Counted from the stretch's first letter, positions 45,301 to 58,760 are shown. The stretch is DNA of 64,000 nucleotides from Eledone cirrhosa (GCA_964016885.1 OZ024749.1:19034001-19098000); one strand, 5' to 3'. A program made the numbers and translations. Notes: a model not told the origin generated them from the letters alone.

Positions 45301-47800
45301 GTGAGTGTTGGAACATTGATACAGTGGTGGTGGTGGTGGTGGGCATGGTAGGACTGTTTAGTGGAGGTCTGGTGTAGTGGTGAGTGTTGGAACATTGATA
45401 CAGTGGTGGTGGTGGTGGGTATGGTAGGACTGTTTAGTGGAGGTCTGGTGTAGTGGGGAGTGTTGGAACATTGATACAGTGGTGGTGGTGGTGGGCATGG
45501 TAGGTCTGGTGTAGTGGTGGTGGGCATGGTAGGACTGTTTAGTGGAGGTCTGGTGTAGTGGTGGTGGGTATGGTAGGACTGTTTAGTGGAGGTCTGGTGT
45601 AGTGGTGAGTGTTGGAACATTGATACAGTGGTGGTGGTGGTGGGTATGGTAGGACTGTTTAGTGGAGGTCTGGTGTAGTGGTGAGTGTTGGAACATTGAT
45701 ACAGTGGTGGTGGGCATGGTAGGACTGTTTAGTGGAGGTCTGGTGTAGTGGTGGTGGGCATGGTAGGACTGTTTAGTGGAGGTCTTGTGTAGTGGTGAGT
45801 GTTGGAACATTGATACAGTGGTGGTGGTGGTGGGTATGGTAGGACTGTTTAGTGGAGGTCTGGTGTGGTGGGGAGTGTTGGAACATTGATACAGTGGTGG
45901 TGGGCATGGTAGGACTGTTTAGTGGAGGTCTGGTGTAGTGGTGGTGGTGGTGGGCATGGTAGGACTGTTTAGTGGAGGTCTGGTGTGGTGGGGAGTGTTG
46001 GAACATTGATACAGTGGTGGTGGGCATGGTAGGACTGTTTAGTGGAGGTCTGGTGTGGTGGTGAGTGTTGGAACATTGATACAGTGGTGGTGGTGGTGGG
46101 TATGGTAGGACTGTTTAGTGGAGGTCTGGTGTAGTGGTGAGTGTTGGAACATTGATACAGTGGTGGTGGGCATGGTAGGACTGTTTAGTGGAGGTCTGGT
46201 GTGGTGGTGAGTGTTGGAACATTGATACAGTGGTGGTGGTGGTGGGCATGGTAGGACTGTTTAGTGGAGGTCTGGTGTAGTGGTGAGTGTTGGAACATTG
46301 ATACAGTGGTGGTGGTGGTGGGCATGGTAGGACTGTTTAGTGGAGGTCTGGTGTAGTGGTGAGTGTTGGAACATTGATACAGTGGTGGTGGTGGTGGGCA
46401 TGGTAGGACTGTTTAGTGGAGGTCTGGTGTAGTGGTGAGTGTTGGAACATTGATACAGTGGTGGTGGTGGTGGGCATGGTAGGACTGTTTAGTGGAGGTC
46501 TGGTGTGGTGGTGAGTGTTGGAACATTGATACAGTGGTGGTGGTGGTGGGTATGGTAGGACTGTTTAGTGGAGGTCTGGTGTAGTGGTGAGTGTTGGAAC
46601 ATTGATACAGTGGTGGTGGGCATGGTAGGACTGTTTAGTGGAGGTCTGGTGTGGTGGGGAGTGTTGGAACATTGATACAGTGGTGGTGGTGGTGGTGGGC
46701 ATGGTAGGACTGTTTAGTGGAGGTCTGGTGTAGTGGTGGTGGGCATGGTAGGACTGTTTAGTGGAGGTCTGGTGTAGTGGTGGTGGGTATGGTAGGACTG
46801 TTTAGTGGAGGTCTGGTGTAGTGGTGGTGGGCATGGTAGGACTGTTTAGTGGAGGTCTGGTGTAGTGGTGGTGGGTATGGTAGGACTGTTTAGTGGAGGT
46901 CTGGTGTAGTGGTGGTGGGCATGGTAGGACTGTTTAGTGGAGGTCTGGTGTAGTGGTGGTGGGTATGCTAGGACTGTTTAGTGGAGGTCTGGTGTAGTGG
47001 TGGTGGGCATGGTAGGACTGTTTAGTGGAGGTCTGGTGTGGTGGGGAGTGTTGGAACATTGATACAGTGGTGGTGGGCATGGTAGGACTGTTTAGTGGAG
47101 GTCTGGTGTAGTGGTGGTGGGCATGGTAGGACTGTTTAGTGGAGGTCTGGTGTAGTGGTGGTGGGTATGGTAGGACTGTTTAGTGGAGGTCTGGTGTAGT
47201 GGTGGTGGGCATGGTAGGACTGTTTAGTGGAGGTCTGGTGTAGTGGTGGTGGGTATGGTAGGACTGTTTAGTGGAGGTCTGGTGTAGTGGTGGTGGGCAT
47301 GGTAGGACTGTTTAGTGGAGGTCTGGTGTGGTGGGGAGTGTTGGAACATTGATATAGTGGTGGTGGGCATGGTAGGACTGTTTAGTGGAGGTCTGGTGTG
47401 GTGGGGAGTGTTGGAACATTGATACAGTGGTGGTGGGCATGGTAGGACTGTTTAGTGGAGGTCTGGTGTGGTGGGGAGTGTTGGAACATTGATACAGTGG
47501 TGGTGGGCATGGTAGGACTGTTTAGTGGATGTCTGGTGTAGTGGTGGTGGGCATGGTAGGACTGTTTAGTGGAGGTCTGGTGTGGTGGGGAGTGTTGGAA
47601 CATTGATACAGTGGTGGTGGGCATGGTAGGACTGTTTAGTGGAGGTCTGGTGTGGTGGGGAGTGTTGGAACATTGATACAGTGGTGGTGGGCATGGTGGG
47701 ACTGTTTAGTGGAGGTCTGGTGTAGTGGTGAGTGTTGGAACATTGATACAGTGGTGGTGATGCAGAGATGGTGGGCATGATAGGACTGTTTAGTGAAGAT
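39324..47800. repeat. G-rich composite minisatellite of interspersed 44-bp and ~67-79-bp units
   Basis: Shared core GGCATGGTAGGACTGTTTAGTGGAGGTCTGGTGT, with or without GGGAGTGTTGGAACATTGATACA, and variable (GGT)n. Confidence 0.95.
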
Positions 47801-47829
47801 CTGATGCTGCAAGGAAATTTTTCTTCATT

Positions 47830-49143
47830 GGAGCATAGATTGGCTGTGATGTGGTGGTGTGCATTCTTGGACTGGTGTTACAGAGAGTGTTTTAGAACCC
47901 TTTGTTGGAGCATAGATTGGCTGTGATGTGGTGGTGTGCATGCTTGGACTGGTGTTAAGGGAGTGTTTTAGAACCCTTTGTTGGAGCATAGATTGGCTGT
48001 GATGTGGTGGTGTGCATGCTTGGACTGGTGTTAAGGGAGTGTTTTAGAACCCTTTGTTGGAGCATAGATTGGCTGTGATGTGGTGGTGTGCATGCTTGGA
48101 CTGGTGTTAAGGGAGTGTTTTAGAACCCTTTGTTGGAGCATAGCTTGGCTGTGATGTAGTGGAAGGCATGCTTGGACTGGTGTTACAGGGAGTGTTTTAG
48201 CACCCTTTGTTGGAGCATAGATTGGCTGTGATGTGGTGAAAGGCATGCTTGGACTGGTGTTACAGAGAGTGTTTTAGAACCCTTTGTTGGAGTATAGCTT
48301 GGCTGTGATGTAGTGGAAGGCATGCTTGGACTGGTGTTACAGGGAGTGTTTTAGCACCCTTTGTTGGAGCATAGATTGGCTGTGATGTGGTGGAAGGCAT
48401 GCTTGGACTGGTGTTACAGGGAGTGTTTTAGCACCCTTTGTTGGAGCATAGATTGGCTGTGATGTAGTGGAAGGCATGCTTGGACTGGTGTTACAGGGAG
48501 TGTTTTAGAACCCTTTGTTGGAGCATAGATTGGCTGTGATGTAGTGGAAGGCATGCTTGGACTGGTGTTACAGGGAGTGTTTTAGAACCCTTTGTTGGAG
48601 CATAGATTGGCTGTGATGTGGTGGAAGGCATGCTTGGACTGGTGTTACAGGGAGTGTTTTAGAACCCTTTGTTGGAGCATAGATTGGCTGTGATGTGGTG
48701 GAAGGCATGCTTGGACTGGTGTTACAGGGAGTGTTTTAGAACCCTTTGTTGGAGCATAGATTGGCTGTGATGTAGTGGAAGGCATGCTTGGACTGGTGTT
48801 ACAGGGAGTGTTTTAGAACCCTTTGTTGGAGCATAGATTGGCTGTGATGTAGTGGAAGGCATGCTTGGACTGGTGTTACAGGGAGTGTTTTAGAACCCTT
48901 TGTTGGAGCATAGATTGGCTGTGATGTGGTGGAAGGCATGCTTGGACTGGTGTTACAGGGAGTGTTTTAGCACCCTTTGTTGGAGCATAGATTGGCTGTG
49001 ATGTGGTGGAAGGCATGCTTGGACTGGTGTTACAGGGAGTGTTTTAGAACCCTTTGTTGGAGCATAGATTGGCTGTGATGTGGTGGAAGGCATGCTTGGA
49101 CTGGTGTTACAGAGAGTGTTTTAGAACCCTTTGTTGGAGCATT
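47830..49143. repeat. 77-bp tandem repeat, ~17 copies
   Basis: CCCTTTGTTGG recurs at 48511 and 48588 (period 77). Confidence 0.95.
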
Positions 49144-49239
49144 AATAGATTGGATGTTATGTTATGGTTGGCATGGCAGGACTGTTTAGTGGAGGTCTGC
49201 TGTTGCAGGGAGTGTTTTAGGAGTTGACTAGTACTCATT

Positions 49240-50980
49240 TGTACTTTTCAAGAATGTCATGCTAATGTAGTTTCATCTGGTTTGTTAATTCAAATGTTTA
49301 TAATATCTTTACTAGGGGACAGATTGTTGTGAAAATTTGCAGTATTGGAATAAAGACTTCCATATTTAATGCTATTTTGTAATTTACAAGAGTGCATTGC
49401 TAATGTGCTCTCATGTGGTTTTTATTGATGATTCAAATGTTTGGTATCTTTACTAAGCAGTTTCATGTGGTATGTAGACATAATACTGTTTTGTACTTTT
49501 TTAAGATTGTCTTACTAATAATGTAGTTTCACCATAATCATCATTATCATCATCACTGTTTAATATCCATTTTTCCATGGGTTAGATGAGTTGTTCACAT
49601 CGGGAGACAAGTCAGGCCAGAGTTGATCATGCCGTACCTTGCTCTGACGAGGACTGTGAATTTGGCCAGGTATTTTACAGCCAGATGCCCTTCCTAACAC
49701 CAACCACATTTACAGTGGTTTGTTAATTCAGATGTTTATATCTTTAGTAGTGGACAGATCGTTGTGAAAATTAGCAGTATTGGAGTAAAGACTTCAATAT
49801 TTAATGTGATGTAGACATAATGCTATTTTGTACTTTAAGTTTGTCTTACTAATAATGTGGTTTCATGTAGTTTGTTAATTCAAATATTTATAGTATATTT
49901 ACTAGTGAACAGATTATTTGCAGTATTGGAATAAATACTTCAATATTTAATGGTGGATTGGCAGTATCGGTAGAGGGTCGGACGCCATGCTTTGCAGCAA
50001 AGAGTTACGGCCCTGCCATTCTGAGTTCAAATGCCTTTTCTCCTTACAGGGTCGATAAAATAAAGTACCAGTAATACACTGGAATAATTGCTGGCTTTGT
50101 GCCAAAAGTAGAAACAAATATTTAACCCTTTAGCATTTAAACCTTGAAATAAAGTGTTTGCTGTGAAAATACAATAGCAAATATAGAGTAATGTAAATAC
50201 GAAAGTGTTAATGTGAAGTAGACATAATGCTGTTTTGTACTTTTTCAAGGAGGTTGTACTAATAATTGTTTCTACTTTTGGCACAAGGCCAGTAATTACC
50301 CCAGTGCATTACTGGTGCTTTATTTTATCGACCCTGTAAGGAGAAAAGGCAAAGTTAACGTCGGCAGGATTTGAACTCAGAACATTTAAATCCCGCCGAG
50401 GTTAACTTTGCCTTAGGTCATACTAATAATGTGGTTTGTTAATTCAAATATTTATAGTATCTTTACTAGTGGACAGATTATTTACAGAATTGGAGTAAAG
50501 ACTTCAATATTTAATGTGATGTAGTCAAAATGCTGTTTTGTAATTTTTCGAGAAGGGCACACTAATAATTGTTTCTACTTTTGGCACAAGGGCAGCAATT
50601 ATTCCAGTGCATTACTGGTACTTTATTTTACTGACCCCGTAAGGATGAAAGGCAAAGTTAACCATGGCGAGATTTGAACTCAGATCGTAAAGAGCCATAA
50701 CTCTGTGCTGCAAAGCATGGCATCTGACCCTCTACCGATACTGCCAATAATGTGGTTTCATGTGGTACAGGACGTTATTATGAATTAATTCTGGTGGTGG
50801 ATTGGCAGTATCGGCAGAGGGTCGGACGCCATGCTTTGACGCATAGAGTTACGCCCCTTGCCATTCAGAGTTCAAATCCCGAGGTTAACTTTGCCTTTCA
50901 TCCTTACAGGGTCGATAAAATAAAGTACCAGTAATGCACTGGGTAATTTATGGCCTTGTGCCAAAAGTCGAAACAATTAT
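49240..50980. repeat. diverged local duplications interleaved with SINE B copies (49953-50117 +, 50262-50382 -, 50565-50746 -, 50795-50980 +) and an RTE-type tail (~49535-49717 -)
   Basis: GTTTGTTAATTCAAAT..TTTACTAG..ACAGATT recurs at ~49279, 49717, 49870, 50434. Confidence 0.75.
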
Positions 50981-51509
50981 GAATTAATTCTTATAAAGCA
51001 ACAATAAACAGCGTTAAATGATGACAGTAAATGGAGGTGATAAAGAGTCCCTCTTGCTAAACATTCTTCTTTTTCTTCTTTTTATTTTTATTTTTATTTT
51101 TGTTTTCTTTTTGTTTTTATTTTTCTTCTTTTTCTTTTTCTTTTTATTTCTTCTTTGTCTTATTCTTTTTTCTTTTTTCTTTTTTTTCTTTGTCTTCTTT
51201 CCTCCTCCTCCTCCTCATCCTTCTCCAAGAAACACTTCCCCCCTGACCTTCAAGCCCACTCTTTCCATTGTTCCATTGTTCCAAACTTCTAAATGAACAT
51301 GGCACCACCAATTTGTCTTTTCTTTTTTCTTTTTCTTTTTTCTGTTTCTTTTTTTTTCCCTTTCTCTTTTCCTATTTTCTTTTTCTTTTACCATAGTTTC
51401 TAATTCTTCCTCTTCCTGCTAATCTAATTGTGTGTGTGTGTGTGATGGGGGGTATGTATGAGTATATATGTGTGTGTGTGTATATGTATGTATGTATTTG
51501 TTTTATTTC

Positions 51510-52100
51510 TAAGGTGGTATGTAGGTAGTGTGTGTGTGTGTGGTGGTATGTAGGTAGTGTGTGTATGTGTAGTGATATGTAGGTAGTGTGTGTGTATGTG
51601 TGTGTAAGGTGGTATGTAGGTAGTGTGTGTATGTGTGTGAGGTGGTATGTAGGTAGTGTGTGTATGTGTGTGGTGGTATGTAGGTAGTGTGTGTGTGTGT
51701 GTGTGAGGTGGTATGTAGTTAGTGTGTGTGTGTGGTGGTATGTAGGTAGTGTCTGTATGTGTGGTGGTATGTAGGTAGTGTGTGTATGTGTGTGGTGGTA
51801 TGTAGGTAGTGTGTGTAAGGTGGTATGTAGGTAGTGTGTGTGTATGTGTGTGAGGTGGTATGTAGGTAGTGTGTGTATGTGTGTGGTGGTATGTAGGTAG
51901 TGTGTGTGTGTGAGGTGGTATGTAGGTAGTGTGTGTATGTGTGTGTGGTGGTATGTAGGTAGTGTCTGTATGTGTGGTGGTATGTAGGTAGTGTGTGTAT
52001 GTGTGTGGTGGTATGTAGGTAAGTGTGTGTGTGAGGTGGTATGTAGGTAGTGTGTGTATGTGTGTGTGGTGGTATGTAGGTAGTGTGTGTATGTGTGAGG
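51510..52100. repeat. GGTGGTATGTAGGTA(GT)n minisatellite
   Basis: Directly visible. Confidence 0.9.
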
Positions 52101-52956
52101 CTGGAATGTTAATCTCTTGGGTTATAACTTAACCCAACCTGAGGCGGTGTGAAATGTTTTTATTGAAATATTTTAATGTTTTCTTCAATAATTAATAAAA
52201 ATTACTTAGGAAATTAATTTAAAAGAAAATAATTATTGTTTTTTAATCTAATATAGGTGGAAGGACTTGGATTTGTGTGTGGTGTGTGTGTGTGGATGTG
52301 TGGATGTGGGTGTGTGTGTACGTGTGGATGTGAGTGTGTAGGTGTGGGTGTGTGATGTGGATGTATGTGTAGGTGTTGGTGTGTGTGTACGTGTGGACGT
52401 GAGTGTGTGTGTGGGGGGTTATGTGCGGGTGGGTGTTTGTGTGGATGTGCATGTGTGTGTGTGTGTGTGTGTACATATGCATGTGTACGTGTGGATGTGT
52501 TTTGTGTGGGTGGTTGTGTGTGTCTGTATGTGTGTACACGTGTGTCTGTATGGGTGTACGTGTGTGTGTGTGTTGGACTTCCTTGGGTTCCAATAATGAG
52601 TGCCCCCGTTGTTTGAATCAATTAAACAGCCTTCTCGTGCAATTACACACACATTTGTACTGTTTGGCATAGTTCTCAGGGAGATTCAGTATAACACTGT
52701 GTATGAGAAGACTGGCCATTTGAATTACAAGCTGTGTGGGCTGGAGCATCATCATCATTATCATCATTTTACATCTGTTGTTCCATGCTTGGAACTGTTC
52801 TCCCTCTCTCTCTCCCTCTCTCTCCCTCTCTCTCTCCCCCTCTCCCTATCTCTCCCTCTCTCTCCCTCTCCCTCTCTCTCCCCTTCTCCCTCTCTCTCCC
52901 CCTCCCACCCCCTCTCCCCCTACCCCCTCCACCCCTCTCTCACCCCCTCTCTCTCT

Positions 52957-53240
52957 CTGTGGTTAGGGTGTTCGGTTTACGACCTTAACGTCATGAGATC
53001 AATTCCTGTCGGTTCATTGTGTCCTTGAGCAAGACACTTTATTTCACATTGCTCCAATTCATTCTGCTGGCAAAAACAAGGTGTACTTGTAATCCAAATG
53101 GCTGGCTTTTAGCCACACACTGTTAGACAGAATCTCCCTGAAAATTCCCTTTTGGTGTATAATTTGTCTGTGGAATGCTCAGCCACTTACATGTTGATTT
53201 TTACAAGTAGTTAGAACTCTTGTCATCAGAACTGACGGAA
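52957..53240 (+). mobile_element. diverged CORE-like SINE with a different tail
   Basis: GTGGTTAGGGTGTTCGG..GTGTCCTTGAGCAAGACACTTTATTTCACATTGCTCC. Confidence 0.6.
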
Positions 53241-53374
53241 GTCCAACAGACAACATGTGCGTTTTCTAATTAGCATACTTAGTCAACTGAGGTAATTAGC
53301 TGATTTAGATAACTAGCTCATTAGTTTTTTTGTCGGATTTGTTTATTAATGCGTTTCAACCATATTAACTGACA

Positions 53375-54640
53375 TCCATTCCTGTCTATCAAATTTCACT
53401 CAGAAGCTACTGTTGGTCAACTTTAAGTGGCTGTAGAAGACACACCGGACCAAGGGGGTTTGTTCTGTGGCCTGTCCCCTGTTTATTAAATTCCACTCAT
53501 GAACTATTACTGGTCAGCTTTTGGCTACAGTAGAAGACATACCTGATCAAGTCTACCAAATTCCACTCATGAACTACTGTTGGTCAACTTAAGGTGACTG
53601 TAGAAGACACACTAGACCAAGGGTGTTTGTTCTGTGGCCTGTCTCCTGTCTACCAAATTTCACTCATGAACTACTGTTGGTCAACTTAAGGTGACTGTAG
53701 ACATACTAGACCAAGGGTAAACACCCTTGGTCTAGTGTGGCCTGTCTCCTGTTTACTAAATTCCACTCAGGGTAAAAAGCACCGAGCACACACCGTAAAT
53801 GTGGTTGGCATGAGGAAGGGCATCCAGTTGTAGAAATCTAGACAGAAACAGTTCTCTATGAGAAGGATACAGTCACTTGACCCAACCTGCCTCAAATAGG
53901 ACCCAACCTGCCTCAAATCTAACCCATGCTAGCATGGAAAGTGGATATTAAATGGTGATGATGAACTACTTTTGGTCAACTTAAGGCTACAGTAGATGAC
54001 ACACTTGTTTGTGGCCTGTCTTCTGTTTACCAAATTCCACTCACAAACTGCTGTTGGTCAACTTAACCCTTTAGTATTTACATTATACAATATAAACTAT
54101 TGTATTTTCGCGGTAAAGGCTTTATCTACCATAATCATATATAGTATCGAATCTATGAGATTTTGAAATTATTTATTTTGAGAACAATACTTTAACATCA
54201 GTATGAGCGACCGGTTGCGGCTGGTTTGAACAGTAAGAGGTGAGAGAATTCTGGCCGGATACGGCTGGTTTAAATGCTAAAGAGTTAAGGTTACAGTAAA
54301 GACACACTTGTTCTGTGGCCTGTCTCCTGTCTATTAAATTCCACTCATGAACTGCATTTAAACCGGCCTCTCTCACCTATTTTTGCTCAAACCGTGTCTA
54401 ACCGGACACTCATACTGATGTTAAGGTATTGTTCTCAAAATAAATAACATCAAAATCTCATAGATTTTGAGAACAATTCCTTAACATCAGTATGAGCAAC
54501 CAGTTACAGCTGGTTAAAACAGAAAGAGGTGAGAGAATTCTGGCCGAATACAGCTGGTTTAAATGCTGAATGGTTAAGGCTACAGTAAATGACATGGTTG
54601 TTCTGTGGCTTGTCTCTTGTTTACTAAATTCCACTCACAG
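53375..54640. repeat. diverged ~75-95-bp tandem repeat with nested insertions
   Basis: AAATTCCACTCATGAACTACTGTTGGTCAACTTAAGG..TGTGGCCTGTCTCCTG recurs; RTE-type tail at ~53770-53962. Confidence 0.8.
54067..54284. mobile_element. TTAA-specific (piggyBac-like) MITE
   Basis: TTAA|CCCTTTAGTATTTA ... TAAATGCTAAAGAG|TTAA; empty site CAACTTAAGGCTACAG in the neighbouring repeat unit; related partial copy at 54354-54573. Confidence 0.75.
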
Positions 54641-55105
54641 CTAAACCTACAGTATGTGTGAGCTGTAACAGCAATATGTAGAGTGTTGATAGGATTGGGG
54701 TCGATATTAAAACACTCATGAAATCTATGTAATAAACCTATACTGGTGTGAGCTGTAACAACAACAATATATATGGTGTTGTTCATATCATTAAAACCCC
54801 TCAGAAACCTATATAATACAACCTTGTAGAAGGTCAGTCAAACCTACACTGGTGTGATTTGAAACAACAACAATATATAGAGTGTTGACTGGACTGGGGG
54901 TTCATATCATTAAAACCCCTCAGAAACCTATATAATACAACCTTGTAGGAGGTCTGATAAACCTTCAAACAATAACAACAACATGTAGATTGTTGATTGG
55001 CTAGGGTCCCTATCACTAAAACATCTCAGAAACCTGTCAGGTACAACCTTGAAAGGGGTCAGCCAAACCTTCGTAGGTGTGAACTGTAATAAGAATATGT
55101 AGTGT
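54640..55105. repeat. diverged ~110-120-bp tandem repeat
   Basis: AAACCTACACTGGTGTGA..ATCATTAAAACCCCTCAGAAACCTATATAATACAACCTTG recurs. Confidence 0.75.
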
Positions 55106-55265
55106 TGGGGGTGGGGGGGAGTATATAAAATATATATATATATATATATATTAATAAAAGGAATTCCAACTTTGTCTGATTTACTCGTTTTATTTACAAT
55201 CCTTTAAATTTATAATGGTATTAGAATGAAATAGTATGGTAGAATATTAAATGTTAAGTGTTAAT

Positions 55266-55304
55266 TGAACAAGTACTTTCATGCTTCCGTAATCTTCAGG
55301 TTCA
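55266..55304 (-). ncRNA. minimal type I hammerhead ribozyme
   Basis: TGAAC-CTGAAGA-TTACGGAAGCAT-GAAA-GTAC-TT-GTTCA; overlaps a foldback at 55291-55414; stem II imperfect. Confidence 0.65.
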
Positions 55305-55479
55305 TATTCTGTGGTGACAGTCAAGTTTGCAATTTTCAACTGTTGAAATTTGCAATTTTCAACAGTTGAAAATTGCAAACTTGACTGTCACCACACAATA
55401 TGAACCTGAAGATTGAACCTATCCGGGAGCTTCCAACAGACATGGTATGTCAATATTTATTTATAAAACTGATCTGTTA

Positions 55480-55544
55480 TATTTTATCTGATGAAAGCAC
55501 ACCATAATTTGACTTGGTGTCCTTGAAATATGTATGATGAAATA
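55480..55544 (+). ncRNA. hammerhead homologous to 1032-1097 (G at the cleavage position, probably inactive)
   Basis: TATTTTAT-CTGATGA-AAGCACACCA..TGGTGTCCTT-GAAA-TATGTA-TG-ATGAAATA. Confidence 0.65.
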
Positions 55545-55673
55545 AATATGGTTTTATAAATATAGTTTCCATTTGTTAATATATCGTATTTTTACTCCAA
55601 TAATTTGTTGAGTGCTTTATATCAGTTATAAAAATATTTGCTTGTTGTATCCCAACAATTTAAATATAACTTC

Positions 55674-55774
<101 letters not shown>

Positions 55775-55792
55775 GGTAACAACAGTTAGTTC

Positions 55793-55843
55793 ACCATATC
55801 GAGAGCAGTTGTTTCACCTGAGCGGATCTTCAGATCGTAATGG
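55793..55843 (-). ncRNA. degenerate hammerhead downstream of the Penelope-like ORF end
   Basis: CCATTACGAT-CTGAAGA-TCCGCTCAGGT-GAAA-CAACTG-CT-CTCGATATGG; UH triplet and stem I partly mutated. Confidence 0.5.
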
Positions 55844-56005
55844 ACATGGGTATACGGAACAGGAAGGACAACTGTATGAACGTGCATGCGCAGGAACGGT
55901 CACTTCACCCTGGCAATACAAAACTGCGTGCGAGATGTGTAAGGGAGATAACTGCGAAAGTTTGAAAGTTTCTAGTTGATGAGAAAATTAGGATGTTGTT
56001 GTTGT

Positions 56006-56248
56006 TCAATCCAGAGCTTTGTAGTTATGTAAGAGGTGTTTCCAAGTATGTGGACAACGTGTGAAGAATTTATATCTTGAGTTTAGGCAATCGCTATTGT
56101 GTAATCGCTTTAGAATATTTATCCGTTCATCAATACATAGTCCACAAGACGGATTGCCCCTTACGTATGGCTTGGACTTAGTGATGGCTTTCCATTGAAT
56201 GGAGTAGTCTATACTTGAGTCCTTGGAGGACCATATGTGGCTCGCGAG
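56006..56248 (-). pseudogene. C-terminal fragment of a Penelope-like element GIY-YIG endonuclease (Naiad-like)
   Basis: Manual translation LASHIWSSKDSSIDYSIQWKAITKSKPYVRGNPSCGLCIDERINILKRLHNSDCLNSRYKFFTRCPHTWKHLLHNYKALD*; fits the recalled pattern L..HIW..K...Y.I.W...Y...CxLC..E...LN.R...CxH..K.LL. Confidence 0.75.
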
Positions 56249-56804
56249 TTATATATATATACACACACACACACACATAGAAACACTAATATACAAAGAT
56301 ATAGATATACACACTAACATTAATATATATATATATATGTATATACACATACATGTATACACACTAACATTAATATATAAATATATACACCCTAACGCTT
56401 GTGTATTTTGGATTCAAACATCTGCTGTCCTTTGAATATATTTGCATATATTAATTTTAAACAACACCCTTAGATGTCTGGCAGGGTGGAGGAGGAGGAG
56501 AAGGTTTGTGGCACACTTGCCACCTCGTGTATACATATATATATACATACATCCACATATATACACATATATATACATACACATATATATACACCTGCAT
56601 ACATACAAACATATACATATATAGCCACACACATACACATATATACATATACATACATATATATATATGTAGTTATATGTATGTATATATGTATGTATAT
56701 ATGTGTATATATATATGTATGTATATATGTATATATATGTGTATATATGTATGTCATTATCGGCATCATTTTCGTTTAATGTCCATTTTCCACGCTAGCA
56801 TGGG

Positions 56805-57275
<471 letters not shown>

Positions 57276-57419
57276 ATATGTATATATATATATATAGCCA
57301 CATACACAAGACAGTTCAAGGCATTATGAGTCAATACTAAGTTAAAGTTTATTAGTTTACATGGTATTGGTTAATGAGATTAACAAGTCAGTTAATTACT
57401 ATTACTGTGTTAAGTGCCT

Positions 57420-58410
57420 CTGTAGTAGTAGTAGTATTGGTGGTGGTGGTAATGGTAGTAGTATTGGTTGTGGTGGTGGTAGTGCCTGTAAATTAATAGT
57501 ATTGGTGGTGGCGGTGGTGGTATATATATATATATATGTGTGTGTGGTGGTGGTAATACTATTAACAGTGGTGATGGTGGTTGTGTGGTAGTGGTGGTGG
57601 TGAGGATGGTGGTAGTAGTATAGTGGTGGTGGGTGTAGTTGTAGTGTTAGTGGTTGTGGTGGCAGTAGTAATTGTAGTAGTCATAGCAGTAGTAGTAGTG
57701 GTGGTGGTGGTGGTGGTGGTGAGGATGGTGGTGGTGGGTGTAGTTGTAGTGTTAGTGGTTGTGGTGGTAGTATTAGTTGTAGTAATCACAGTAGTAGTAG
57801 TGGTGGTGGTTGTGATGATGGTTGTAGTAGTAGTAGTGGTTGTAGTTGTAGTGGTTGTGGTGGTAGCAGTAGTTGTAGTAGTCATAGCAGTAGTAGTAGT
57901 GGTGGTGATGATGATGGTTTTAGTAGTAGTGGTGGTGGTGGTAGTAGTCATAGCAGCAGCAGTAGTAGTGGTGGTGGTTGTGGTTGTAGTTGTAATAGTG
58001 GCAGTTGTGGTGGTAGTAGTAGTAGTAGTGGTGGTGATGGTTGTAGTTGTAATAGTGGCAGTTGTGTTGGTTGTAGTAGTAGTGGTGGGGATGGTTGTAG
58101 TAGTAGTGGTTGTAGTTGTAATAGTAGTAGTGGTGGTGATGGTTGTAGTGGTGGTGGTTGTAGTTGTAATAGTGGCAGTTGTGGTGGTGATGGTTATAGT
58201 AGTAATGGTGGTGGTGGTGGTTGTAGTTGTAATAGTGGTGGTTGTAGTGGTAGTGGTGGTGGTGGTTGTAGTGGTAGTGGTGGTGATGGTTGTAGTAGTA
58301 GTGGTGGTTGTGGTTGTAGTTGTAATAGTGGTGGTTGTAGTAGCAGCAGTGGTGGTGGTAGTGGTGGTTTTAGTAGTAGTGGTGGTGGTGGTGGTTTTAA
58401 TAGTAGTCAG
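57420..58410. repeat. (GTG/GTA/GTT)n trinucleotide low-complexity tract
   Basis: Directly visible. Confidence 0.9.
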
Positions 58411-58760
58411 ACTAGTGTCTTAATTATATTTTGTGCATTTACACAATAGAATTATTGCTTAGCAACAATTTTTTAAAACTAAATTATGTTGTCTCACTGT
58501 GGTGGTGTTGGTGGTGGTGGCTCTGGTGATTGTGTGTGTGTGGGGGGGGGGGGGTGTACATGTTAATAGTGGTGGTGTTGGTGGTGTTGGTGGCTCTGGT
58601 GATTGTGTTTGTGTATGTGTGTGTGTGGGGGGGGGGGGGGGGGGGGGGGATGATGGTATGCATGTTAATAGTGGTGGTGGTGGTGGTTGTGCCACACTCA
58701 CAAATACCTCCAGAAATGTAAGGCTTTCTGTTTATGTCAATAATCTAAACTATAATAATA

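Noticed and set aside
39324-47800. CRISPR-like array or mucin-like CDS
   Set aside because: Only two recurring modules; unit lengths are mostly not multiples of 3 and stops are frequent
51289-51420. Lys/Glu-rich frame on the - strand (QEEEELETMVKEKENRK..)
   Set aside because: Purine-rich low complexity; no recognisable domain or convincing splice context
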